Assembly (NCBI GenBank): GCA_963422735.1
Contig: OY730476.1
Coordinates: 2,304,001-2,368,000, forward strand
Source of the DNA: Candidatus Latescibacterota bacterium
GTDB taxonomy: Bacteria > Latescibacterota > UBA2968 > UBA8231
DNA: 64,000 nucleotides
Direction of reading: 5' to 3'
This document shows, in pieces, positions 38,340-48,652 of this stretch (positions are counted from its first letter, which is position 1; each line of letters starts with the position of its first letter). Under the pieces are notes generated by a model. The model did not search any database. It saw nothing but the letters and a program-made list of their open reading frames with translations, and was not told the origin of the DNA. A program made the translations under genes and the position numbers.

Positions 38340-39065
38340 TCAGCCTTCGTCGTATCCCTTCACGGGCCGCGCCCAGATATTGCGATAGCGCACTAGGTCG
38401 CCGTGATCTTGCAGGCGAAGTGGGCCAGCGGGGGGATGTGCTTCGTAGCGATAGACGCCTCGGTGGCCCGTGGGGCCTAAGACCTCGACGTGGTGGTGGA
38501 CCAAGACTCCGTTGTGGAGCAAAGTGAGATAGGCCGGGCCGACCAGTTCGGTGCCGCTAAAGCGCGGGGCCGTCCAGAAGATGTCGTAGGTCTGCCATTG
38601 GCCGGGCGGGCGGCAGGCGTTGACCAGCGGCGGATACTCGCCATAGACGGCGGCCGTGGTGCCGTCGGCATACGTGGGGTTGTCGTACCCGTCGAGGACT
38701 TGGATCTCGTATAGGCTCATGAGGAAGACGCCGCTGTTACCGCGCCCCTGGCTCTCGCCTTTGACCTCGCTGGGGCAGGCGAATTCTAGATGGTACTGGA
38801 CATTGCCAAAGCGCACCCTGCTCACGATGTCCCCAGACCGGGGCACGACCTCCATATATCCGTCGGCCACCTGCCAAGGGGCGTCGCCACCGTTTGCGCT
38901 CTGCCAGCCGTCGAGGCTGGTCCCGTCGAAGAGGACGACCGCGTCTGAGGGGGGGCTGTTGTGGCTGCCGGGCGTCACGACCGCCGGGGCGGGCCGCCGG
39001 CGATCATGGACGCAATAGGGTGAGTTGGGTAGCAGGGGGGTATCGTCGTACCCTGATTTGCCCAT
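38340..39065 (-). CDS. DUF1080 (3-keto-disaccharide hydrolase) family protein
   Basis: PPSDAVVLFDG, GRGNSGVF, YEIQVLD, WQTYDI, LQDHGDLVRYRNIW; AAGGAG RBS. Confidence 0.9.
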   Translation of the reverse strand: MGKSGYDDTPLLPNSPYCVHDRRRPAPAVVTPGSHNSPPSDAVVLFDGTSLDGWQSANGGDAPWQVADGYMEVVPRSGDIVSRVRFGNVQYHLEFACPSEVKGESQGRGNSGVFLMSLYEIQVLDGYDNPTYADGTTAAVYGEYPPLVNACRPPGQWQTYDIFWTAPRFSGTELVGPAYLTLLHNGVLVHHHVEVLGPTGHRGVYRYEAHPPAGPLRLQDHGDLVRYRNIWARPVKGYDEG

Positions 39066-39183
39066 TAGACGAGCTCCTTGTTGGGGTTGGATAGATTGGC
39101 ATATAAAGGGAGTAGGGTGCGCTCGCGTCAATAGCCCGCCCTTGAGCATCGCATTATATTGACACGCCATTCAACGGGAGGGC

Positions 39184-41181
39184 GTGATGGTACGCGCACC
39201 GATGTACAGAATTGCACTAATCGCGCTCGCGCTGTGCCCTTCGGCGGAGGCGCAAATATCGCTGTGGCAAATCGGCGGGGCCGGGCTGGGGTGGGACGAA
39301 AGCGACACCACGCGGGTCATCATGGCCATCGACGCGAATCGCATCCGGCCCGTGTATTTTGCCGATGGCGACAACATGTTCCTGTCGGTGGCGGGTTGGT
39401 CCGAGCTGATCGCCCCGCGTGAGTTGGGGTACATCGACGGGCATCAGCCGCGGCTGTGGTATGGCGACGGCACGAACGTCAACCAGACCTCGTACTACGA
39501 CAGCCCGCTCTACGTGGATGGGCTGCGGAGTACGTACAACACGGCCCGCGACGGCTGGTGGACCCTAGACATTGGCGTACCCTTGCCGGCCATGCGCTTT
39601 GGGTTTGCCACGCCGACCGAGGGGATCCGCTCCGACGGTGTGCCGCTCAACCAGGACCCAGTGCCGGCCTTTGAGGTGAGCATTGCCGCCGAGACGAGCG
39701 ATATTCTCGCGCAAAAGGGCTATCACCGCTTAAATACCCTCATCGCCGATGTGCCGGTCAACTTTGACCCAGATGTCGAGATCGATTTTCCCCAGCAATA
39801 CGTGCGTTTTGTGCGCTATCAGCGCAAAGCATCCGCGCTCGACGAGCAGCGCACCCCCGACAGCAATACGGTGCGCGGCACCATTGCCGAGTTTGTACTC
39901 ACTGGCCGCGGCGTACCCAAGCGGGCTGTTTACCGCAGCAAAGTTCTCGACTTGGGGGCCGAGGTAAACTTTGGCCGCTTGGCGTGGGCAGCGCGTACCA
40001 TGCGGATGGTCGGCGAAGAGGCCGTGGCCGCGCCAGATGCCGAGGCATGGGTCGAAGTGGAGGTGCGAGCTGGCCGCGACGGCGACCCCAATATCTACTA
40101 CGAGTACACGGACTCGGGCCGGGAGTTTGTGGTGACGCGTGAGCGCTACGAAGGCGAATTGCGCCTGCCCGAGACCGAGGGAATCCTGCAAATTGACCGC
40201 CAGCCCGGCATCCGCGCTTCCATTGGGTACGACAGCGAGAGTTGGTCTTTTTGGTCTAGCCCCATCACTGAATCCGGTACGCGGCTCGACCTGCGCAATG
40301 GCTCGCATTTGCAGCTCCAAGTCACCCTGCAAAGCCGGGCTTTTGGCGACTGGGTGGAGCTCGACTCGCTGTGGATTGAAACCTCGCCGCCGCTGGCCGA
40401 TCAGATCGTGGGCGAAGTCGCACGCGCAGCCGACATGCAGCCCGCCCTGGGTTTTGTCCAAGTTGAGTTGGGGGCACGGGAGACGTTTGTGTACGATGTG
40501 CGTGCCTTGTTTGCCAGCACCGTCGAAGGCGGCTTTGACCGGGTGCGGATTCACACGGGGATTGCGCCCGAGTTTGCGCGCTTGGAAATGGGCGAGCCGC
40601 TCGCGGCCGTCGAGCCGTTCGCCGTGGTCGAAGGCGACACACGCTTGGAGGTACTCCTGCCGCAGAAAGTGACTGCCGAGTCCAACGAGCCGCTGCGGAT
40701 AGTCTTTGACGCGGAGGTCTTTGCGCGTGCGACGACCTTTACCGGCGAAGTGTTGGCCGAGGGAGAGAGCCGCCTGCCGCAGCCGATTGAGCCGGGCGAC
40801 GCCAGTGCCGCCATCTCTACCAATAGCCTGCGGGTGCTCGGGACTGCGGACACGGCCGCGGAGATCATTCGGCGCGTGCGCCTGTCGAGCGGGGTTATCA
40901 CGCCCAACGGCGACGGGGTCAACGACCGCTTAGCTATAGAGTACGCGCTCTTCCTTCTGCCCGCGCCCGTGCCGGTGGTGCTCGATGTGTACGACTTGGC
41001 AGGCAACCGCCGCGCCCACGTGGAAGTCGGCATGCAGGGCACCGGCCCGCAGCGGGTTTTTTGGGACGGCCGCGACGAGTTGGGCGCGTTCCTGCTCCCG
41101 GGTTTGTACTTATTGGACTTGGCACTGGTGACCGAGGCCAAGCACGGGCGCGCGCTGCAGCCGGTTGGCTTGGCCTATTAA
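39184..41181 (+). CDS. Secreted FlgD-tailed protein, type A of gene pair
   Basis: WQIGG..W, YRSKVLDLG..NFGRL, RAGRDGDP, WSFWSSP; VITPNGDGVND...PVGLAY. Confidence 0.8.
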   Translation: MMVRAPMYRIALIALALCPSAEAQISLWQIGGAGLGWDESDTTRVIMAIDANRIRPVYFADGDNMFLSVAGWSELIAPRELGYIDGHQPRLWYGDGTNVNQTSYYDSPLYVDGLRSTYNTARDGWWTLDIGVPLPAMRFGFATPTEGIRSDGVPLNQDPVPAFEVSIAAETSDILAQKGYHRLNTLIADVPVNFDPDVEIDFPQQYVRFVRYQRKASALDEQRTPDSNTVRGTIAEFVLTGRGVPKRAVYRSKVLDLGAEVNFGRLAWAARTMRMVGEEAVAAPDAEAWVEVEVRAGRDGDPNIYYEYTDSGREFVVTRERYEGELRLPETEGILQIDRQPGIRASIGYDSESWSFWSSPITESGTRLDLRNGSHLQLQVTLQSRAFGDWVELDSLWIETSPPLADQIVGEVARAADMQPALGFVQVELGARETFVYDVRALFASTVEGGFDRVRIHTGIAPEFARLEMGEPLAAVEPFAVVEGDTRLEVLLPQKVTAESNEPLRIVFDAEVFARATTFTGEVLAEGESRLPQPIEPGDASAAISTNSLRVLGTADTAAEIIRRVRLSSGVITPNGDGVNDRLAIEYALFLLPAPVPVVLDVYDLAGNRRAHVEVGMQGTGPQRVFWDGRDELGAFLLPGLYLLDLALVTEAKHGRALQPVGLAY

Positions 41182-41192
41182 GGGAGTAACGC

Positions 41193-43544
41193 GTGGCGAT
41201 CTTTTTCTTGTGTGCGAATCTCGGCCTGTGGGCCGGCCCCCTCGCGGCCGAGGTGTTTACCTTTGACAGCGCCGAAGAGTGGCAGACTTGGCAACTCCCG
41301 CAGGGGCTGGTGCAACTTGGCGCGTCTGGGCACCTAGAGCTGGTCAAGTTCCGCAAGGCCATCGATCCAGTACGCGATGCGGGCGACTTTTTCCACGATA
41401 CGATGACGCGGAAAGCCGTGCAGGGCGGCATCTTTCGGGCTGGGTCCAATCGAGGAGATGCCTTCAAGATCATCGATGGCGATTATAACACCTTTTGGCA
41501 GCCCGATTCGGCCGATCCGCTGGCCAAGTGGGAGGTCGAGATTGACTTGGGTCGGGCGGTGTTGGCCCAAGAGCTGTGCCTGCGCTTCCCCAATCAAGAG
41601 GGCGCGCGCCCCTTGCGGCAGTTTACGGTCTATGTGGCCACCGGGGCGACGATCGACCCCCGCAAGGATCTCTTCCGCTTCGAGTCGGTGTATCAGACGA
41701 CCTTGCCCAACGAAGAGACCGAGATCCGCATCGGGCTGAGCGGGCGCAACGACACCACGCGGGTCCTAGATCCCGGCCTGGATGTGGTGCTTGCGGACGC
41801 GGCGCGTTTCCGGGTCATCCAGTACATTCGCATCGGCGTCGATGCACAGAGCGCAGACGCGGCCCTCGCCGAGGTCGAGGTGAGCGCCGTCGGCGACAAC
41901 CTCAGCCTCGGCGTCATAGAACGCGGCGGAACCTTCGCAACAGGCCTAGTCGTCCGCGATGTGGTGGGCTTAGTTGACGGCGACATGAATACCTATGCCA
42001 ACAAGTTCACTACCTATCGAGCCACCTCTGGCTGGCGCAACGAAGGGCTGTGGTGGGAGCTGGATCTAGGGGCCCAGTTCTGGATTGACGAGATCTTCCT
42101 CTACTTCAACAACCAAGGCGAGGGGGCTTCCGGCTCTTCGGTGCGCAACGGGGGCACGGGATTCGCCTTCTTGGTTTCGGACGGACGGCGCACGACCTCG
42201 GGCGAGGTGGACTACGATCGACTGGTGGGCCACGGCAACGAGCAAGACCCCGCCGCCGGTCCCGAGCGGCACTATCGCTACTTGTTCGAGCCGCGCAAAG
42301 TGCGCTACCTGTTCTGGCACGGCTTCCTGCGGGGCTTACCGACTTCGTTGGAGTGGCACGCGCGCGCGGCGGAACTAATGCTGTTTTCGCCCGGCTACCC
42401 TGCCCAAGTAGTGCTGCGCTCGGGCTTTATCGACTTGGGCCAAATAGTCGGCGACGGCCGCCCCAAAGCCATCAAGCACCTGTCGTGGGATGCAGATTTG
42501 CCAGTGGGAACGCGGATGCAGTTGCGTTCCCGCTCAGGTGTTGCGCTCAGCGAGGAGTACACGTTTCACAACAAGATCGGCGAAGTGGTCACCGAAGAGA
42601 AGTGGCTCAGCTCGCCCAAGGTGCTGCGCGGCCGGGTGGATACCGCACTGGTCGTCGGCGAAGATTGGGGCGAGTGGAGCAATGTCTATCAAATCTCGGG
42701 CGAAGCCTTCCAGTCAGATAGCCCGCGCCGCTTCGTTCAGCTAGAGGCCCTGCTTTCGACCGAGGATCCGCGGGTTGCGCCCGTGTTGCGCTCGCTATCG
42801 ATCGAGTTTGAGGACGCTTTGGTGACCGAGGCCAAGGGGCAGATATGGCCGCGCGAGGCCCAACCCAACGCCGACACGCGCTTTACCTATACGCTGTGGC
42901 CTACGGCTGCCGAGGACGACAGCGGCTTCGACCGGCTACGGCTCATCGTTCCTAGCGGCTGGCTGGAGGCTGGAGCGGTAGAGGTGACCCTCGCTGGCGA
43001 GACCATCGCCCCGGAAGAGGTCGCGTTGCGGGGCGACTCCCTTTTCGTGACCTTGGGCCAGCGCGTCGGCGGCGACTCGCTGGAAGTCCACTTCGCGGCG
43101 CGCCTATGGCGCAATGCCACGGTCTTCAGCGCGGAGCTCGGCGATGGAGAGCGGCCGGGCCTTTGGCAGTCGGTGGAGGCCGCTTTTCGGCGCGCCAACG
43201 TGGTGCTCCTGCCGGCTCTAGCTGGCAGCGATCAGCTCATCGGTGATCTGCAAGTCGCCCCAGCCACCGTTACGCCCAACGGCGACGGCATCAACGACCA
43301 AGTGCATATCCACTTCGTGGTCTTCAAGGTGGAGACCGCAACGCCACGGGTGCGGGTATTCGACTTGGCAGGCCGCGTGGTGGCCGAGTTGGCCGGAGTG
43401 GGCGGAGACTTTGTTTCCTACAGATGGTCTGGGCGCAATGCCCAAGGAGCGCTGGTGCCGCCGGGACTGTATTTGTGCCACATTGATCTCGACGCCGCAG
43501 CAGGGCAGGGCGTGGCTATGCGCCCCGTTGCTGTCATGTACTAA
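41193..43544 (+). CDS. Secreted FlgD-tailed protein with discoidin-like domains, type B of gene pair
   Basis: IIDGDYNTFW, EIDLGRAV, DGDMNT, WELDLGA, RSRSG, WGEWS; VTPNGDGIND...PVAVMY. Confidence 0.8.
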   Translation: MAIFFLCANLGLWAGPLAAEVFTFDSAEEWQTWQLPQGLVQLGASGHLELVKFRKAIDPVRDAGDFFHDTMTRKAVQGGIFRAGSNRGDAFKIIDGDYNTFWQPDSADPLAKWEVEIDLGRAVLAQELCLRFPNQEGARPLRQFTVYVATGATIDPRKDLFRFESVYQTTLPNEETEIRIGLSGRNDTTRVLDPGLDVVLADAARFRVIQYIRIGVDAQSADAALAEVEVSAVGDNLSLGVIERGGTFATGLVVRDVVGLVDGDMNTYANKFTTYRATSGWRNEGLWWELDLGAQFWIDEIFLYFNNQGEGASGSSVRNGGTGFAFLVSDGRRTTSGEVDYDRLVGHGNEQDPAAGPERHYRYLFEPRKVRYLFWHGFLRGLPTSLEWHARAAELMLFSPGYPAQVVLRSGFIDLGQIVGDGRPKAIKHLSWDADLPVGTRMQLRSRSGVALSEEYTFHNKIGEVVTEEKWLSSPKVLRGRVDTALVVGEDWGEWSNVYQISGEAFQSDSPRRFVQLEALLSTEDPRVAPVLRSLSIEFEDALVTEAKGQIWPREAQPNADTRFTYTLWPTAAEDDSGFDRLRLIVPSGWLEAGAVEVTLAGETIAPEEVALRGDSLFVTLGQRVGGDSLEVHFAARLWRNATVFSAELGDGERPGLWQSVEAAFRRANVVLLPALAGSDQLIGDLQVAPATVTPNGDGINDQVHIHFVVFKVETATPRVRVFDLAGRVVAELAGVGGDFVSYRWSGRNAQGALVPPGLYLCHIDLDAAAGQGVAMRPVAVMY

Positions 43545-43573
43545 CCCTTTCGCATATATACCGGAGACCGTTC

Positions 43574-44986
43574 ATGCCTCGTCCCAATATCCTCTTCACT
43601 ATGACCGATGACCACGCAGCCCATGCCATGAGTTGCTATGGCAGCCGCATCAATAGAACGCCCAACCTCGACCGCATTGCCCAAGGCGGCATGCGCTTTG
43701 ACAACTGCTTTTGCACCAATTCCATTTGCGGCCCCTCCCGCGCCACCATCCTCACCGGCACGTACAATCACGTCAACGGCATGACCACCTTGGACTCGCG
43801 CCACGACAACCGCCAACTCAACTTCGCCAAGCTCTTGCAGGGCGTCGGCTACCAGACAGCTATCGTCGGCAAATGGCACCTAGGCCAAGGGCCGGCCCAC
43901 TGGCCCACCGGCTTCGACTACTACAATATCCTCCAGGGCCAAGGCCCCTATTTCAACCCGGAAATGGTGTGCAACGGCGACAAGGCCCAATACCAAGGCT
44001 ACACCACCGATATTATCACCGACCTGTCGCTCGATTGGCTCAGGGCGCGCGACAAGGACCGGCCCTTCTGCCTGATGTACCACCACAAGGCCCCGCACCG
44101 TCCTTGGGAGCCGGACGAAAAACACGCCCATCTGTACGAAGACGAGGATATCCTCGAGCCAGAGACCTTTGACGATGACTATCAGAATCGGGCAGCGGCA
44201 GCCGGGGTCGCCAAAATGCGGATTGACCGCGACCTCAACGCCACCGATCTCAAGCGGCCCGTACCCGCAGGGCTGACCCCGGAAGAAGAAAAGAGGTGGA
44301 AGTACCAGTGCTACATAAAGGATTATCTGCGCTGCGTCGCCGCAGTCGATGACAACGTCGGCCGCGTACTCGACTATCTCGAGGCCGAGGGCATTGCCGA
44401 CGACACCATCGTCGTCTATACCTCGGACCAAGGCTTTTTCCTCGGCGACCACGGCTGGTACGACAAGCGCTTCATGTACGAGGAATCGCTGCGCATGCCC
44501 TTCCTCATCCGCTATCCCCGCGCCATTGCCGCCGGTAGTGTCAGCACCGACATGATCCTCAACGTTGACTTTGCCCCCACCTTCCTCGACTACGCCGGCG
44601 TCGCCATTCCCGACTCATTCCAGGGCCGCTCCATGCGTCCCGTGCTGGAAGAACGAACCCCGGACGACTGGCAGACCGCGATGTACTACCGCTACTGGAT
44701 GCACTTAGCACACCACCACGTGTACGCACACTACGGAGTCCGCACCCTGCGCTACAAGCTCATCTACTACTATGCCGACGCCTTAGGCCAGCCCGGTGCC
44801 CTAGACGAGAGCAAAGAGCCGGAGTGGGAATTGTTCGATTTGGAGAAAGACCCGTGCGAACTGGTCAATGTGTACCACGACCCGGCCTACGCCGAAATGG
44901 TACGCCAATTGCGCGGAGAATTGCGCCGCCTCCAAGAAAAAGTGGGCGACCAGCCCTATGTGGGGGAAGATTCGCTGTCTGATTGA
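43574..44986 (+). CDS. Formylglycine-dependent sulfatase (GlcNAc-6-sulfatase-like)
   Basis: PNILF..DDH, CGPSRATILTG (CxPxR), GKWHLG, SDQGFFLGDHGWYDKR. Confidence 0.93.
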   Translation: MPRPNILFTMTDDHAAHAMSCYGSRINRTPNLDRIAQGGMRFDNCFCTNSICGPSRATILTGTYNHVNGMTTLDSRHDNRQLNFAKLLQGVGYQTAIVGKWHLGQGPAHWPTGFDYYNILQGQGPYFNPEMVCNGDKAQYQGYTTDIITDLSLDWLRARDKDRPFCLMYHHKAPHRPWEPDEKHAHLYEDEDILEPETFDDDYQNRAAAAGVAKMRIDRDLNATDLKRPVPAGLTPEEEKRWKYQCYIKDYLRCVAAVDDNVGRVLDYLEAEGIADDTIVVYTSDQGFFLGDHGWYDKRFMYEESLRMPFLIRYPRAIAAGSVSTDMILNVDFAPTFLDYAGVAIPDSFQGRSMRPVLEERTPDDWQTAMYYRYWMHLAHHHVYAHYGVRTLRYKLIYYYADALGQPGALDESKEPEWELFDLEKDPCELVNVYHDPAYAEMVRQLRGELRRLQEKVGDQPYVGEDSLSD

Positions 44987-44990
44987 ATAG

Positions 44991-45152
44991 CTGTCTTATG
45001 TCGCTTATTATCCGACCCTGTATTCGTTGGGCAAGAGCGAGGCCGATGGCCATTGGGGCATGTTCTCGCCGCTGGTGGCGGCCCTGCTGTTTGCGGCGAC
45101 CTACCAGTTTTGGAAGCTAGGGATCAGGTCGTATCAAGGTACGGGGTCGTAG
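44991..45152 (+). pseudogene. 3' remnant of ABC-2 permease (DUF990-like)
   Basis: LSYVAYYPTLYSLGK...SPLVAALLF...FWKLGIRSYQGTGS*; no upstream part. Confidence 0.65.
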
Positions 45153-45225
45153 TCTCAAACGAGAGGTGGATTACGCGGAACCTCTGCTACCACAATGCGT
45201 CGGGCTGCACACAACAGGAGACAGC

Positions 45226-45264
45226 CGGCAGGGTGCGCAGTGTCGCCATCGGGCCGCGTTCTGT
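45226..45264. repeat. 39-bp dispersed repeat (partial REP-like copy)
   Basis: 35/39 identical to 60950-60988. Confidence 0.65.
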
Positions 45265-45390
45265 TAATTTGGAGAAACGTTCAACCGTGCTAATTGACGA
45301 CAACCCGCACTGCGTGGCCCGCGACGCCGCAAATACCGCATGCGAGTTAGCCGAAATCTTGGACAGTAAAAATCGCGTGTAGAACGGGAT

Positions 45391-46197
45391 TCAGATGTTC
45401 TCCACCAGCCACTGATAGCACTTTTCGTATCCCACCTGCCCCTCGGTCTCCGGCCCCTCGTATTCAGCCGTCCAAGCCCCGTCGTAGCCAGCCGCCTTGA
45501 GGCACTCGACCGCGTGGGCGAGGTGGATTTCGCCCTCGCCCAGTGCCGCCCCCTTGTAGTTTTGCCGCGAGCCGGTTCCGTCCTTTATATGGGTATGGAA
45601 AACGTGCGGTGCCAGTATTTTATAGAAGCGGTCAATTTGGTCCAACTCGTGCCCGAACCAGCGGTAGTTCATGGTATCCAAATTGACGCCGAGCCGGTCC
45701 GAGCCAACCCGCTCGATCAGGCTTAACTGCCAGTCGCCGTCGTTGGTGGAAACCCCGTGGTTGTCGAGGGCGATCCGCACGTCGCATTCCTCGAGAAAGT
45801 CGGCGCAGCACTTGAAGGCTTCGAGCAGCATCCCGTCCCATTGGCCTTCCGGCACCGTGCCGTTGCGGTTCCAGCCCCCATCCGAGCGCACGATGTCCGT
45901 GCCGGTTATGGGAATGATCTGGCAGACGTAGCGGTAGCGCTCGATTTGCGCGTCCAAGTCGCGGCGGTCGGCTTGCAAAAAGTCGTTGCCAGCCGCTACG
46001 GCCGAGGCTTGCATCCCGTATTTGGCCAATAACTCGCGCGTGGCTTCGGCCGTCTGCTCACCGTTTTTGGACTCGCCATCCCAAATATCGCCGATCTGCA
46101 ACTCGCAGTACCGATAGCCGATTTCGCTTGCCCGCCGGGCGAAGCCTTCGAGATCGCAGCCGGGCCAGTTGTAGTGAATCGCGCCGATTTTGCTCAT
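45391..46197 (-). CDS. Sugar phosphate isomerase/epimerase (xylose isomerase-like TIM barrel)
   Basis: IALDNHG, GVNLDTMN, HTHIKD, LGEGEI, GYDGAWTAEYEG. Confidence 0.88.
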   Translation of the reverse strand: MSKIGAIHYNWPGCDLEGFARRASEIGYRYCELQIGDIWDGESKNGEQTAEATRELLAKYGMQASAVAAGNDFLQADRRDLDAQIERYRYVCQIIPITGTDIVRSDGGWNRNGTVPEGQWDGMLLEAFKCCADFLEECDVRIALDNHGVSTNDGDWQLSLIERVGSDRLGVNLDTMNYRWFGHELDQIDRFYKILAPHVFHTHIKDGTGSRQNYKGAALGEGEIHLAHAVECLKAAGYDGAWTAEYEGPETEGQVGYEKCYQWLVENI

Positions 46198-46214
46198 GTT
46201 CCTACTCCTCTCGT

Positions 46215-48347
46215 TTAGGTCCAATAAAGTCGCCACACCTGCGTCTGTAGCGGCATGAGGCGGATCTCCGAGATCTCGTCGCTAGCGGGTATAGCCTCAA
46301 TCGCAAGGGCCTCGTACGTGTCGAAGCACTTTTGGCGCGATGTGGGCGGCTGCGGCAGGTACTCGAAGCGGTAGAACGCCTTCCGCACGGTGCGCGGATC
46401 GAAGTTGTGCGCCACCAATAGCGCATTCCGCTCGGTATAGCGCACGTACGCCAGAATGCGGTCGTCCGGATCGCCGCCCGCGAATTCGTTGCGGTAAAAA
46501 TAAACCTCCCCGTCGCAAAATTCCGGCCATTCCTTTTGCAGCGCGAAGAGACGCCCGTAGGCTCTCACTAGGCTGGCGTGCGGCTCGCGCTCGGCTTGGT
46601 CGAAGTGCAGGAGGGTTTCGTTCTCAAAGTCGGTGCGCGTTTCCTCGCCCCACTCGCTGCCCAGCTCCAAACCCCGCGTCAGATTGCACCCAGAAGCCGA
46701 GCCGGCCGAGCAATCGATCAGGGCAGCCTGCAGATTTTTGAGCAATGCCATCAGCAGCGCACGGTCTCCTCGCTGGATGGAACAGGTGAGGCTCTGCCAG
46801 TAGCTCCGCGCCTGCTCGTCGCAGCGCAAAAGTTCCCGGAACCGCTCGTGCCACACCTGAGTGGCGCGCGGGCTGTCGTGGTTTTCAAAATAGGCCATTG
46901 CCACAGTGCCCGCCGCGAAGGTGCGATTCATCTCCTCTAGAAAATCAATGAGGGGTTGGGCGTACTCGACATCGCGGTGAAAGTCAACTAAGAGCGCGTA
47001 AATCGCATCTGCCGGGACGTCCACTGCCTCCGTCAGCGGGCACAGCGTCTCGCCCAGCACCAGCGCCTCGGGCGCGGCCGCTTGAATGCGGTTCTTGAGC
47101 TTTTTGAGGAAGGGTCGGTCAATGGTCTGACTGGCGTCGATCCGCACCCCGTCGAATCCGCACTGCTCGATCCAATACAGGGCAATCTCCAGCAGGTACT
47201 CCTGCAAGGGCTGATTGTAAACCAAGTCGAAGAGTGCCACGTCCGAATAAACTAGCCAAGCGATCTGGTGAATTTGCGGCACCCCGCGTTCGTCGCGCAA
47301 ATACCACTCGGGATGCTCGGCGATCAGCGGGCAGTCGCGGCTGCTCTGCATCAGCACCAAGTCGAATATGACCTTTTTGCCGAGGGCGTGCGCCCGCCGA
47401 GTAAGGGCGCGCAATTCGGCGCGACCGACGAGCTGGACGAAGGTTTCGCAGCCGAGTGCCTTTTCCGCTTGAGCAGCCGACAGCTTGGCGAGACCTTCCA
47501 TCTCACTTGAGCGCTCGAGACCCTCCACCACGAGCGCTCCCCAGTCCACTTCCTCGGTTGGCGAAACTAGCTCAGCGTCAACTTGGAAAAAGTCCTGTAC
47601 CGCATAGACGCTGCCGAGGGCACCTTTGCGTACATCCGCGCCGGTGTGTAGGTCTGCAAAACCCGGGCGAAAAAAGGGCAGCAAGTAAATCACATCGGCC
47701 GGAATGGCGTCTAGACGCCGCGTCAGTTCGGCGAGCCGGCCCGAGCGGAAGCGGCCCCCCTCGACCTCGGCACCGACCTTGCGTACGCACACCTCGACAA
47801 TCGTCGGTCCCTTGCACACCCACTCCGGGCTGACGACGACGACCCCGTCGCGGTTTTCGGCCAGATCGTTGAGGCTGACCCACTCCTTGCGCCCAGCCTC
47901 GGCGTAGCTATCGGCGGAAAACTCCACCGCGTAGTTGAAGGCCCCGGTGCGCCCAAGCGCGAAAGCGGTTGACTCAAAGACAAGGTTGTTGCCGGCGAGG
48001 ACGGGAGTGCCTTCCTCGCCGACAAGCAGCCGCATCTCCACATACGCGTTGGTCCCGCTGGCATCGGTCCATAGCCGCGCATCCACATCTCCCGGCTGGA
48101 CTTGGTGTGGGTCTATGGCAGCGACGAAAAGCTCGCACCGCACCCGGGCGTGGGCCGCTGTTTTGCCGGGTTCGATATAGGCCCTAGCGAGGAGCGGCTC
48201 GCAAACCCGACCGTCGATTTCAATGGTCAGGTTACCGCCCCAGACCTGCCAGTTATCAAACTCGCGGCGCTGGTAGCGACAGTGCAATTGTTCGTAGAAC
48301 GCGGCGCGTAAACCTAAGATAGCCGTAGCGGTCAAAGAAATCTCCAA
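46215..48347 (-). CDS. GH13 alpha-amylase-family protein (start uncertain)
   Basis: GSVYAVQDF, GFDGVRIDASQ, LGETL and FENHDSPR, giving the D/E/D catalytic triad. Confidence 0.75.
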   Translation of the reverse strand: MEISLTATAILGLRAAFYEQLHCRYQRREFDNWQVWGGNLTIEIDGRVCEPLLARAYIEPGKTAAHARVRCELFVAAIDPHQVQPGDVDARLWTDASGTNAYVEMRLLVGEEGTPVLAGNNLVFESTAFALGRTGAFNYAVEFSADSYAEAGRKEWVSLNDLAENRDGVVVVSPEWVCKGPTIVEVCVRKVGAEVEGGRFRSGRLAELTRRLDAIPADVIYLLPFFRPGFADLHTGADVRKGALGSVYAVQDFFQVDAELVSPTEEVDWGALVVEGLERSSEMEGLAKLSAAQAEKALGCETFVQLVGRAELRALTRRAHALGKKVIFDLVLMQSSRDCPLIAEHPEWYLRDERGVPQIHQIAWLVYSDVALFDLVYNQPLQEYLLEIALYWIEQCGFDGVRIDASQTIDRPFLKKLKNRIQAAAPEALVLGETLCPLTEAVDVPADAIYALLVDFHRDVEYAQPLIDFLEEMNRTFAAGTVAMAYFENHDSPRATQVWHERFRELLRCDEQARSYWQSLTCSIQRGDRALLMALLKNLQAALIDCSAGSASGCNLTRGLELGSEWGEETRTDFENETLLHFDQAEREPHASLVRAYGRLFALQKEWPEFCDGEVYFYRNEFAGGDPDDRILAYVRYTERNALLVAHNFDPRTVRKAFYRFEYLPQPPTSRQKCFDTYEALAIEAIPASDEISEIRLMPLQTQVWRLYWT

Positions 48348-48363
48348 AAGAATTAAGAATTGA

Positions 48364-48600
48364 CCTTACGCAACCTCTGCCTTCGCAGGGGCCGACTCGT
48401 ACTGGATATGCAGCCCTAATGTCATGCCTGCGCTTCACCCTGCCTTTAGGCAGGACAAGCAGGCATCCAGCGTACCCTCAGAGACAATGCCCGTTTGAGG
48501 CCAGTGCGGGGCTGGATGCCACGCCTAAAAGCCTGCGCCCGTGAAAGTGTGCGCGGGAAGGACGACGGACAGGGCAGCAAGCGGCAGGCGCTGCGTAAGG
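48364..48600. repeat. Nested REP/MITE-like composite
   Basis: Outer inverted repeat CCTTACGCA / TGCGTAAGG; inner GTCATGCCTGC..GCAGGCATCCAG with inverted CTGGATGCC copy; 25-bp unit at 48432-48456. Confidence 0.7.
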
Positions 48601-48652
48601 CTGCGTAACATCACTTAGGAATTGGTCCATTGCTCAATTCGCAATTCGTAAA

